A stretch of DNA of 64,000 bases from Phyllobates terribilis. Taxonomy: Eukaryota. The DNA is taken from contig NW_027362773.1 in NCBI RefSeq assembly GCF_046119375.1, positions 154,814,001-154,878,000 of the forward strand, read 5' to 3'. A program made the translations under genes and the position numbers. Below the pieces are notes generated by a model that worked only from the letters and a program-made list of their open reading frames with translations, was not told where the DNA came from and ran no database searches. Positions 37,101 to 47,128 of this stretch are shown in pieces; the stretch's first letter is position 1; every line of letters starts with the position of its first letter.

Positions 37101-39383
37101 TCTATTATATAGAGTCATAACACACAGAGGGATCTATTATATAGAGTCATTACACACAGAGGGGTCTATTTCACATGTTTATTTCTGTTAATGTTGATGA
37201 TTATGGCTTACAGCCAATGAAAACACAAAAGTTATTATCACAGTAAATTAGAATACTTATAAAAACCGCTTGAAAAATTATTTTAAAATCTGAAATGTCT
37301 GTTCAGTAAATGCCTCAATACTTGGTCGGGCTCCTTGTGCATCAATTACTGCATCAATGCAGCAATGTGGCATGGAGGGATCAGCCTGTGGCACTGCTGA
37401 GGTGTTATGGAAGCCCAGGTGGCTTTGATAGCCGCCTTCAGCTCGTCTGCATTGTTGGGTCTGGGGTCTCTCATCTTCCTCTTGACAATACCCCATAGAC
37501 TCTCTATAATAGATCCTCTATGGGGTTAAGGTCAGGCGAGTTTGCTGCCAACCAAGTACAGTGATACTGTTGTGTGTAAACCAGGTATTGGTACTTTTGA
37601 CAGTGTGGACAGGGGCCAAGTCCGGCTGGAGAATGACATTTCCATCTCCATAAAGCTTGTCGACAGAGGGAAGCATGAAGTGCTGTAAAATGTCCTGGTA
37701 GATGGCTGCGCTGACTTTAGTCTTGATAAAACACAGTGGACCTACACCAGCAGATGACATGGCCCCCCAAACCATCACTGATTGTGGAGACTTCACAGTA
37801 GACCTCCAGCAGCTTGGATTGTGGCCTCTCCACTCTTCCTCCAGACTCTGGGATCTTGTGGAGCGTCAATGATTGCCTTCTGGACATCTGTCAAGTCAGC
37901 AGTCTTCCCCATGATTGTGGAGCCTACTGAAACAGACTAAGGGACCTTTTTAAACGCTTAGGAAGCCTTTGCTCGTGTTTTTTGTTAATCTAATTTACTG
38001 AGATAATGACTTTAGTGTTTTCATTGGCTGTAAGCCATAATCAGCATTAACAGAAATAAACACTTGAAATAGATCCCTCTGTGTGTAATGACTCTATATA
38101 ATAGATCCCTCTGTGTGTAATGACTCTATATAATAGATCCCTCTGTGTGTAATGACTCTATATAATAGATCCCTCTGTGTGTAATGACTCTATATAATAG
38201 ATCCCTCTGTGTGTAATGACTCTATATAATAGATCCCTCTGTGTGTAATGACTCTATATAATAGATCCCTCTGTGTGTAATGACTCTATATAATAGATCC
38301 CTCTGTGTGTAATGACTCTATATAATAGATCCCTCTGTGTGTAATGACTCTATATAATAGATCCCTCTGTGTGTAATGACTCTATATAATAGATCCCTCT
38401 GTGTGTAATGACTCTATATAATAGATCCCTCTGTGTGTAATGACTCTATATAATAGATCCCTCTGTGTGTAATGACTCTATATAATAGATCCCTCTGTGT
38501 GTAATGACTCTATATAATAGATCCCTCTGTGTGTAATGGCTCTATATAATAGATCCCTCTGTGTGTAATGACTCTATATAATAGATCCCTCTGTGTGTAA
38601 TGACTCTATATAATAGATCACTCTGTGTGTAATGGCTCTATATAATAGATCCCTCTGTGTGTAATGACTCTATATAATAGATCCCTCTGTGTGTAATAAC
38701 TCTATATAATAGATCGCTCTGTGTGTGATGACTCTATATAATAGATCCCTCTGTGTGTAACGACTCTATATAATAGATCCCTGTGTGTAATGACTCTATA
38801 TAATAGATCCCTGTGTGTAATGACTCTATATAATAGATCCCTCTGTGTGTAATGACTCTATATAATAGATCCCTCTGTGTGTAATGACTCTATAATATAT
38901 ATGTTTCACTTTTTGTATTGAAGAACTGAAATAAATTAGCTTTTTGATGATATTCTAATTTAGCGAGAAGCACCTGTACCTCCGGGATGAGGGGAACCTG
39001 GGGAGGGTGGTGTGACAACAAGGTTGGCTGTTATACGTTGGTGGGGGAAAGAGGGGAATGGGGCCAGACGAGAAACCGGAATTCGATGATTAAAATGAGT
39101 TTCTCAGGAGTTTCCTCACGTTTAGTGTGAACAGACCCCTGAAATTCACTCTCTGCCTCCTTAGTGTTTAACCATTTGTGGTGCACTGTAGATGAGTTTC
39201 TGCTCTTCTCCTGATGGGGGCAGCACCTGACGAGTGTTTTGTGTTTCTCTTGTGCAGGAGGAGAGCTGCAATGATTGTTTTCTACATGACGACGACTCCA
39301 CAGACACAGATGATTACGAGGAGAGAAGGCGAGTACTGAACATGCCCCATCCTCCGGCCCGGTGCACCCGTTACAACACCTGA
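28061..39383 (+). CDS. FBXO3: F-box only protein 3 (F-box, SMI1/KNR4, ApaG domains), 11 exons, 1353 nt, about 450 aa
   Basis: join(28061-28152,30195-30284,31072-31235,31673-31787,31866-32070,32641-32686,33300-33384,34167-34289,34974-35089,36067-36257,39258-39383); all GT-AG with matching phases; motifs LPSDPLLLILSYLD, SNHYRSEDLLDVDTAAGG, HYFFTYRIR, QLDSRYWRIT, EYTSCTTFSTTSGYMEG. Confidence 0.97.
28270..29405. repeat. CpG-rich minisatellite (about 31-37 bp, CTCGTCTGTCCGTCACCGTGTACGC(G)n) in FBXO3 intron 1
   Basis: About 33 units with variable G runs; explains ORFs 27983-29676. Confidence 0.95.
30195..30284 (+). CDS. FBXO3: FBXO3 exon 2
   Basis: SCSLLNRRFNQLCNHDPLWKWPCRRYWLVS; 90 nt; donor GTAAGT. 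Confidence 0.93.
31072..31235 (+). CDS. FBXO3: FBXO3 exon 3
   Basis: EDKKAQKNCSWKATFLEYYNDLGRYMHHYAKLKAAWDTLKAYLGEHCPRMINSLK; 164 nt. Confidence 0.95.
31673..31787 (+). CDS. FBXO3: FBXO3 exon 4
   Basis: DGVQEEDLDTIEERIGSRLPDDYRCSLRIHNGQKLVVP; 115 nt. Confidence 0.96.
31866..32070 (+). CDS. FBXO3: FBXO3 exon 5
   Basis: GLMGSMALSNHYRSEDLLDVDTAAGG...NEIFYQCP; 205 nt, after a 78-nt intron. Confidence 0.96.
32641..32686 (+). CDS. FBXO3: FBXO3 exon 6
   Basis: DQTTHNPAALDMFIT; 46 nt. Confidence 0.92.
33300..33384 (+). CDS. FBXO3: FBXO3 exon 7
   Basis: GTSFTQWFTSYVNHVVSKDYPIIRDQIF; 85 nt. Confidence 0.95.
34167..34289 (+). CDS. FBXO3: FBXO3 exon 8 (ApaG start)
   Basis: RYERENDCVATTDDITISVSTSFLPELSSIHPPHYFFTYRI; 123 nt. 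Confidence 0.96.
34974..35089 (+). CDS. FBXO3: FBXO3 exon 9
   Basis: RMEMAKNALPEKACQLDSRYWRITDAKGNVEEVQGPGVV; 116 nt. Confidence 0.96.
36067..36257 (+). CDS. FBXO3: FBXO3 exon 10
   Basis: GDYPQLRPGRGYEYTSCTTFSTTSGYMEGTYTFH...PRFHMKCPTFRVSTIST; 191 nt; donor GTAAGT. Confidence 0.95.
36884..37170. repeat. 32-bp array in the left Tc1 TIR, about 9 copies
   Basis: TATTATATAGAGTCATTACACACAGAGGGATC. Confidence 0.92.
38068..38900. repeat. 32-bp array in the right Tc1 TIR, about 26 copies, reverse complement of the left array
   Basis: ATAGATCCCTCTGTGTGTAATGACTCTATATA. Confidence 0.95.
39258..39383 (+). CDS. FBXO3: FBXO3 terminal exon 11
   Basis: EESCNDCFLHDDDSTDTDDYEERRRVLNMPHPPARCTRYNT*; acceptor TGTGCAG; resembles the vertebrate acidic / RRRV / C-x-R tail. 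Confidence 0.85.
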   Translation, partial: EESCNDCFLHDDDSTDTDDYEERRRVLNMPHPPARCTRYNT

Positions 39384-41355
39384 GAGGCGCCGACTACCTG
39401 CAGCCGGTGGAGCCGTCCGGCCGGGATCCTGTTTTGTTCCTTTCTTTTCCTCTGCTTGCGGCGTCTCTACTCTCTGATGTCCCGTTTGCGTATTCTCTCG
39501 TGTCATTTACTACGGAGGGAGATCGGTGCGGACATCACAAGACTTCATCGCTCGGCTGAGTCCTGGTCTGGGGGTCCCGGCTGCGGACCCTCCATTATTT
39601 TTCTAATTTATGTACAAATCTTATTCTAACAACAGAGCTGCGGATATTCAGCTGCAAGAGACAAAGCAATGAACATTTTCGCTTTTCTAAGACTTTTAAT
39701 TTTGGGGGATTTATCTTGTGCGCAGAACGCTTGGCGATGAAGATGATGATCGGACATACATTTTATATATATATGCATCAGGTGGTTTCATGCAGACCTT
39801 GCCAATAATCTTTAAGGAGATGTCCATCAAAGGCAACCCCCCATTCAAATGTAGCCAGAGATCTGCTGGTATTGCCAGGGAAATCTGCCAGCATCTACAC
39901 GGTGGGATACCACAATAGTGAGACCCCCCCCACTGTGAATGTATCCTGTGGTGGTCCTGAGCATGCAAACACTATAATCTATAGGTTCTTCAAAATGCCC
40001 ATTCACTAAAAGTTTAACCAGGATTAAAAAAAATAACATGGCTGTCTTTTGCCACAGACGGCACCACCCCTCTCTGCAGGTTGTACGCGGTATTGCAGCT
40101 TAGCTCCATTCTCTTCAATAGAGCCGGGCTGTAGACGGGTGAATGGTACTGTTTGTGGAAGACGGCACCATCTTCTTTTTTTTTTTTTTTCTTTTTTTTT
40201 TTTTTTATTCTGGACAACCCCTTTAATTAAATATGTTTGTGGGGCAGCTGGGTGACTACTTTTTCTATAAACTTGGGAAAACAGAAATGCAGCAGTATTT
40301 AAAATCCTGCACCGCGGGGAAATTTAATCTGCAGATTTTCTGCTTCGAGGAATCTGATGTGAATCAGCCCCACTTGGACTTATCCTTAATTCTTAGGGAA
40401 AAGTCGCCCGGCCATATAACTAGGAGGAAGATCGCAACGCAGTGCTCTCCTCAGCCGGCCAGTCCAGGCATTGAGATTTTCGTCCAAGTTATACGACAGT
40501 CTGACTCTTTCCATATAGTATCAGCTTTTTATGCAAACAGCGCCACCCCTGTTTAAAGGTTGCTTCTTGGTATTGCACCCTTCCGTATTCGCGTAATTGG
40601 GGCAGGGGTGACCGAGGGTGGCGCTGTTTCTGGAAGAAGGCAGCCATGTTTTTCTAATCCTCTACAGTCTATCAGCTGTTTGAGCTTTTGCAATGAGCCC
40701 ACGGTGTCTGCCGTCGCTGGTGTGCGAAGACCTGACTGCAGCGCAAACACTTTCCTCCCTATTGTTGGTAATCATGTCTTGGATCAGTTCGTGCAGCTTC
40801 CGTCAGGTCAGACCCGCTTACAGAAACGCTTTTGGGTTTGTTTTTCCTCTTCTGCATAATTTATATAATTTTACTTTTATGATACGTACGGCATAAGAAT
40901 TTTTGGTAAATGAAAAAAATAAACTTTTGGGGTTATGAAATGTGGTGTCAGTGTGAACTGTGCTGAGGGTCTAATGGGGACAGTGAAATGTTTCCTAAAA
41001 GATGCTTAAGTGTCATCGCCCATACGTTGCAATGGTTCAGGGTCACCGGCGGAAGCTTCTGTCTTCTGCTCCTTATACAATGTGCGGCCGGGGTCTATCG
41101 CTCATGCTCAATTGTTTCCGTCTACAGACAGATCACTCGGTCTCCATTGTGGTCTATAGAACGGATCCTATTACAAAGTTGTGCTGGTTGATCCCGGCGC
41201 TGCAAAGATTGTCATTCTGCCTTATACAGCTACGTCAGGAGCCACTTTCACCCTGGCGGCACAAGACTGCTGCCGATATGAACTGTCAGTCATGCAGGAG
41301 CGGCCGCTTGGGATAGTTAGGAATAACTCTTAAAACAAATGTGAAGATGCAGAAT

Positions 41356-41427
41356 TTAGTGTGCGCTTAGTGTGCGCTTAGTGTGCGCTTAGTGTGCGCT
41401 TAGTGTGCGCTTAGTGTGCGCTTAGTG
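41356..41427. repeat. Perfect 11-bp tandem repeat (TTAGTGTGCGC) x6.5
   Basis: Read directly. Confidence 0.95.
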
Positions 41428-41964
41428 ACTGGGGCTGGGCTGAATCCAATGCAGCCAGAGATCGCTGAGAGAACAGTCGTGGATGAATCTCGTGATCGCT
41501 GCCACATGCATCCAATGGATCCAGATACTGTGGATATCAAGTGATTACATAGCCTATATATGGGTTTGTTGTTTTATTTTTTTTAAAAGCGGCTCTCTAG
41601 TTTAGAAAACAATACTTTGCAAAATGAGTTAAAGGGATTGTCTGCAGATGGACAACTATTGTCACCCCCACGTAAAAAAAAAAAAGAAAAATGAACTGTC
41701 CCCTTGGACCATTTTTAGTGATGTTGGTGCCATCTCTAGTTGTGTGACATAACAATGAGTAGCTGCTGATGGGCTGCAGCGGTCACATGACAAAATGTCA
41801 CATGACCACTGGGAGAAGTAATGCCATTCCAGAAGATGAATGTGTTTTTTTTTTTTTTTTTTTTATTAAACAGGGAGCTGTATAATTTAAGGAGGAGTTG
41901 TCTATAAATCTTTTTAATAGAAGGGAAACAATATAATCCATTAAAGGGTTTGTGACATGTTCTG

Positions 41965-42180
41965 TCTGCAGGAGCGCCTGCCTCCTCTCCCCCCACCCCC
42001 CCTTCTGCAGGAGCACCCACCTCCTCTCCCCCCACCCCCCCTTCTGCAGGAGCACCCGCCTCCTCTCCCCCCACCCCCCCTTCTGCAGGAGCACCTGGTT
42101 CCCCCCTGTCCTGCAGGAGCACCCAGCTCCCCATCTGCGGGAGCGTCCGGCTCTCCCCCGTCTGCAGGAGCGCCCGGGCG
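41965..42180. repeat. 39-bp C-rich tandem repeat, 3 copies plus degenerate tail
   Basis: CTGCAGGAGCACCCACCTCCTCTCCCCCCACCCCCCCTT; explains ORFs 41736-42211. Confidence 0.85.
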
Positions 42181-43235
42181 ATATCAGAACTGCTCTATAG
42201 AAAGCTTGTAAGCATTGTGCTCCTTGCCTAGGAGACCTGCCACCGCTGATCGTCTGCAGCCCTCCTCACTGTCACTCACTATGCGAGATGAAGTCTGGAT
42301 TGCACAAGGCCTGGCCTCAGCTTACTGAGTGTGTGCTCACCCCAAATGTTCTTACCCCTCTATCCTGGTGCAATGTAATCTGACACGTTCTGCTGCTGCT
42401 GCTGCATCGGGCACAATGTGGTAGAGCAAAGGCTTCATCATGGAAATATAACACCGCGTTACCCTTCAGGCTGAATTCACACGCGCCTTTTTCATTGCAG
42501 TCGGGCACTGAAGTCAACTGGAAATTGCTACATGGCTCCAAACACTAAAAATGTCTTTCCTTTGCATTTTTATGCTCAATTCCAGCTTTTTCTATACTAA
42601 AGAAAAATAATTGCTCCAATTTTTCAATAATCAGAGCAGATAGCATATGTCAGTGCAGACACCGACAGAGCAAAAAAAATGCGGATTTGCACATGTGAAC
42701 GTGGCCTTAGGAGCCTCTATTCAGCCCACTGGGCTTTGATCAATTTTCCCAACGTCACGCTGCCCACTGTACAAATTTTGCTCATGTGTACTGCCGCTCG
42801 CCTCCCCGGGCATCCGCAGTGAAGGTGGGTTCACGTCTGCGCATGCTTAGAAAGCTGCAGTGAGGGACAGGCTTCCCACCATGAACTAAACAAGTGGTGG
42901 TCCTCCATACGTAAGGTTAGTACATTGCACAGCGTGACATTGGGAAAAGTTCAACCCATCAATCAGACCCCAGTGGGCTTGATTTAGATGATCAGCAGCG
43001 CCTCCCATTTGACTGAAAAACGGTGTCAAGGATAACAGCAGGGGGAGTCGCGCAGATCCCGTCACTGCCACCAGTTTGTCAGGGGGCGCAACTCTGCTGC
43101 CTCCAATCGGCAGGACAATTAGGGAATTGAGTGACGGACGAGGCCACGGCTGCTTCCACTACTAGGCCGGTTATTAGGTAACTCACAGTGAGCGTATGGT
43201 ATATACACCTCCAGTTCCAATGCATGGAATATATA

Positions 43236-44437
43236 CAGGTGCTTCTCACTAAATTAGAATATCATCAAAAAGTTAATTTATTTCAGTTCTTCAATACAAA
43301 AAGTGAATCTCCTATATTATATGAAGTCATTACAGACAGTGATCTATTTCAAGTGTTTATTTCTGTTAACGTTGATGATTATGGCTTACAGTCAATGAAA
43401 ACACAAATGTCATTATCTCAGTAAATTAGAATACTTTATAACAGCTTGAAAAATTATTTTAAAATCTGAAATGTGGTCTTAGTGAAATGTATGGTCAGTA
43501 AATGCCCTCAATACTTGGTCGGGGCTCCTTGTGCATCAATTACTGCATCAATGCGGCAATGTGGCATGGAGGGATCAGCCTGTGGCATGGAGGGATCAGC
43601 CTGTGGCACTGCTGAGGTGTTATGGAAGCCCCGGTGGCTTTGATAGCAGCCTTCAGCTCGTCTGCATTGTTGGGTCTGGGGTCTCTCATCTTCCTCTTGA
43701 CAATACCCCATAGATTCTCTATAATAGATTCTCTATGGGGTTAAGGTCAGGCGAGTTTGCTGACAATCAAGCACAGTGATACTGTTGTGTGTAAACCAGG
43801 TATTGGTACTTTTGACAGTGTGGACAGGGGCCAAGTCCGGCTGGAGAATGACATTTCCATCTCCATAAAGCTTGTCGGCAGAGGGAAGCATGAAGTGCTG
43901 TAACATGTCCTGGTAGATGGCGGCGCTGACTTTGGTCTTGATAAAGCACAGTGGACCTCCACCAGCAGATGACATGGCCCCCCAAACCATCACTGATTGT
44001 GGAGACTTCACACTAGACCTCCAGCAGCTTGGATTGTGGCCTCTCCACTCTTTCTCCAGACTTTGGCACCTTGATTTCCAAATGAAATGCAAAATTTACT
44101 TTGCATTTACTTAGTGTGTCAATGACTGCCTTCTGGACATCTGTCAAGTCAGCAGTCTTCCCCATGATTGTGGAGCCTACTGAAACAGACTAAGGGACCT
44201 TTGTAAACACGTAGGAAGCCTTTGCAGGTGTTTTTTATTAGTTATTCAAATTTGCTGTGATAATGACTTTTATGTTTTTATTGGCTGTAAGCCATAATCA
44301 TCAACATTACCAGAAATAAACACTTGAAATAGATCACTCTTTGTGTAATGACTCTATATAATATGAGTTTCACTTTTTGTAGTGAAGAACTGAAATAAAT
44401 TAACTTTTTGATGATATTCTAATTTAGTGAGAAGCAC
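43236..44437 (-). mobile_element. Second copy of the same defective Tc1 family, TIRs unexpanded
   Basis: TA|CAGGTGCTTCTCACTAAATTAGAATATCATCAAAAAGTTA ... TAACTTTTTGATGATATTCTAATTTAGTGAGAAGCAC; same transposase fragments as 36838-38976. Confidence 0.92.
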
Positions 44438-47052
44438 TCCACAATAACTAAAGGAACCACTACTAGCTGCCACCACCAATCGTTTATACGGGCCGATTGG
44501 GCATCTGTTACAGATAGCCTATGGCTTTAGGGGTGCAGTTTACAGAGCAAAAGGAACATGGCTATTAAATTTCATATATTTTATCCGGAAAAGTAAGCAG
44601 TGTTTATAAAAATATATAAATATTATAGAAAATGGGAACAAAACAATCCGGTATACACAATTACATACAATAAAAAGGGATAACAAAAGAAAAAGTACTA
44701 AACCTGTGTCATGGAAATGGCTCAGAGCTTAGCAGAGGGAGGTATCCCTTAGGAAAACAGACAGAACTACAGCAAGCTTTACCTTCCAGGACCGACAAAA
44801 TACAAAAACCCAAATTCTTCTTTTTATTAGATCAAGGTTACGCCTATATACCTCCCCTTGGTGAGCTAATATGGGGGCTGGTCATGGGATGTGCTGGGAC
44901 TTTTAGAAGATTATGAGATCCCCAACTTTCAGGCTATCTTTGCCCCTGGAGGTCCCAGGTGGTAGATATTGATGTCATGTTTCCTCCAGCGATTTTACCT
45001 TTCTATAGAAACATGGCATGGATAGCATCATCCATCAGATCCAATATTAAGTTAGAGGGGTTAGAATGGCCCTACGATGATGTGAGTGAATGCATTATGT
45101 TTGTTCCTTCGCTACAATGCTGAAAATATATCTCCCAGAAATATTGGATTGATGCAAACCTCAATATTCATACTGACCACTGGCTGCAAACAGTCTAGGG
45201 ACCAGTGGTTTGAACTTGCCTTGGAAGTGTACCTCTCTGCCTCTGTTTAAAGGAGTCCTGGGTTTAGGGTCTGGTTCTCAGAGCAGATCTCCCATTGTAA
45301 TTACCTGGTCACTGCAGGAGGTCCCTGCTTCAACGGATGTTGAAGTGTCCGCTCTTTCTCACTTCTCCTGTTATAATTAGTTTCTTACTTCCCCAGGTAT
45401 AATTAATCCCATATTTAATATGTCCCCACGCCGGAGAAGTCTTTATGGATTTTAATATTTTTCTATGAGAACCGGTAATTAGCAAAGGAGGCAGGAACCC
45501 AATAAAATGTGGGGGGGTTTTTTTGCGGAGGGGGGGGATTAAGCATTGCCCTATGGTGGTTTAGGGGCCAAGGTAGAGTGCTACCTATGCCACAGATGAT
45601 TGGGGTTGTCACATTTCCATCATGGCAGGAATAGAGCTGCCTAGTATTCTCATCGTGAAACGCCAGAAGCCGTCAAAAAGTGATGGAAACTTGTCTACTG
45701 TCAAAATGCTGGGAGTTGTAGTTCAAAACAACTGAACAGCCAGAGATGGAAGAGCACGGCTTTACATGACGATGTCGCTGGAGGCTAGATCTAGAAACTA
45801 CAGAACTTGTTCCACCAGATTCCAGATGTCTGATGGAAGCCCGTCCTCCAGGGCCGCGCCGAATCTGGGTGTTGGTGGGACACGTTACAGAATGTGACCT
45901 CTGCCCGGGTGTCTAACCACCGTGTGCGTCAGGAGGAAGGCTTCACACAAGCACCCGGTACAACACGACTGAACCTTAAATACCTTATGGCTGATGAATC
46001 CATGTCTTCAGATATACAAGTGTTACATAATCCATCCATATACAGTAAAATGACTGCGGTGAAACCATGCAATTTATTTTTTTTTTTTGTAAAAATCCAA
46101 GTTTTTTTTCTCTGAAATTGCAAAAATTGCAGCAAAAGAAGGTAAAAAAAAATTCCGCCCTGGTGCTCCGTTCCCGATCTCCTGCAGCATAGATGAACTT
46201 ACCGCTGCCAAGAAGTGGCAGAGCCGCGCATTTCGTGCTTTGCGTTACATTTGAGTTGGCGTGCCCCGCATCTTACGCCCGCAGCTCTTGTGGATTTTTC
46301 ACAGCATTTCTTTAAAGTCTCGCGCTTTGCTGGCGCTGTAAAACGCAGCGGATTTTCCATAATGAATGGGCAGCGGAAAATCCGTTGTGCATGATCACCG
46401 TAGAGAGAAGTGATCTTGCGGTGCCTGAAATCACTGGGGATGGGATCTTCTGGCAAGGGGGGAGATGGGCGGCTCTTTTTTTGCAATAGACTGCAATTTT
46501 TTCATTTTAAAGAGACATGCATCATTTTTTGGAACAATACATCAGTATGTAAGTGTGCGATTTCCCTACAGCGCTTCCGCTGGAGAAATGAGACATTACA
46601 CTGTGCCTATTCACATCAGTAGGTTGTCTGTAGTATAGGACAGGTTGTCTCCTCCAGGGTGAGAGACGCTCTTTGTAATTACTCCATCCAATGGATGAGG
46701 TCTGAGAAGCGAGGGCCAGACTAGGGTGTATTTAAGGGGGTTTTCTAAACGAAACAACCCCTTTAAACTGATCTCAGGGTCCAGCTGCTGTGTAAGGGTG
46801 TAGGGTATAATCCAGTGATATTATCTTAGATAGCTGCAGTCACAAATCCCACTTGGTGACTTATCAGGTACAGAATGACGCTGATGACACAGCTGCAGGT
46901 GCGTTCTCACGTCACAGCCCTGTATTCAGCCCTGGGGATGTGGGCCGGTTTGTGTCAGACAAGATTTGGCTCCAGATCCTCCGTGTAGTGTCAGAAGAAG
47001 CACGATCCCTCCAGACAGCAGATCTCCGGGACGAGGAGTGGAGACTGTCAAC

Positions 47053-47128
47053 ATGATTCACCAAACCTTACACCTCTGCCTTCTCATCTCCGTCATCGGA
47101 ATCTCATCTGCTGCAGACCCCATACAAG
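47053..47128 (+). CDS. Link gene exon 1, signal peptide
   Basis: MIHQTLHLCLLISVIGISSAADPIQ; donor G|GTGAGC, phase 1. Confidence 0.75.

Larger units (their letters stand above)
36838..38976 (-). mobile_element. Defective Tc1 (DD34E) element in FBXO3 intron 10 with minisatellite-expanded TIRs
   Basis: Transposase fragments SVMVWGAMSSAGVGPL...QPDLAPVH and ADELKAAIKATWASIT; right TIR ends GAGAAGCACCTG|TA at 38976; left terminus eroded. Confidence 0.9.

Noticed and set aside
36884-38900. Regular short repeats resembling CRISPR arrays
   Set aside because: Head-to-tail tandem units with no unique spacers, in a eukaryotic intron; same for all other arrays here.
44560-45460. Possible decayed LINE (L1-like) 3' end on - strand (QHCSEGTNIMH-like remnant)
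   Set aside because: Similarity too weak and stop-ridden to support without a RepeatMasker/Dfam search.
45706-45724. ATGCTGGGAGTTGTAGTT, a ZNF143/THAP11-type motif
   Set aside because: More than 1.3 kb from any exon and a common component of vertebrate MITEs; no evidence of promoter context.
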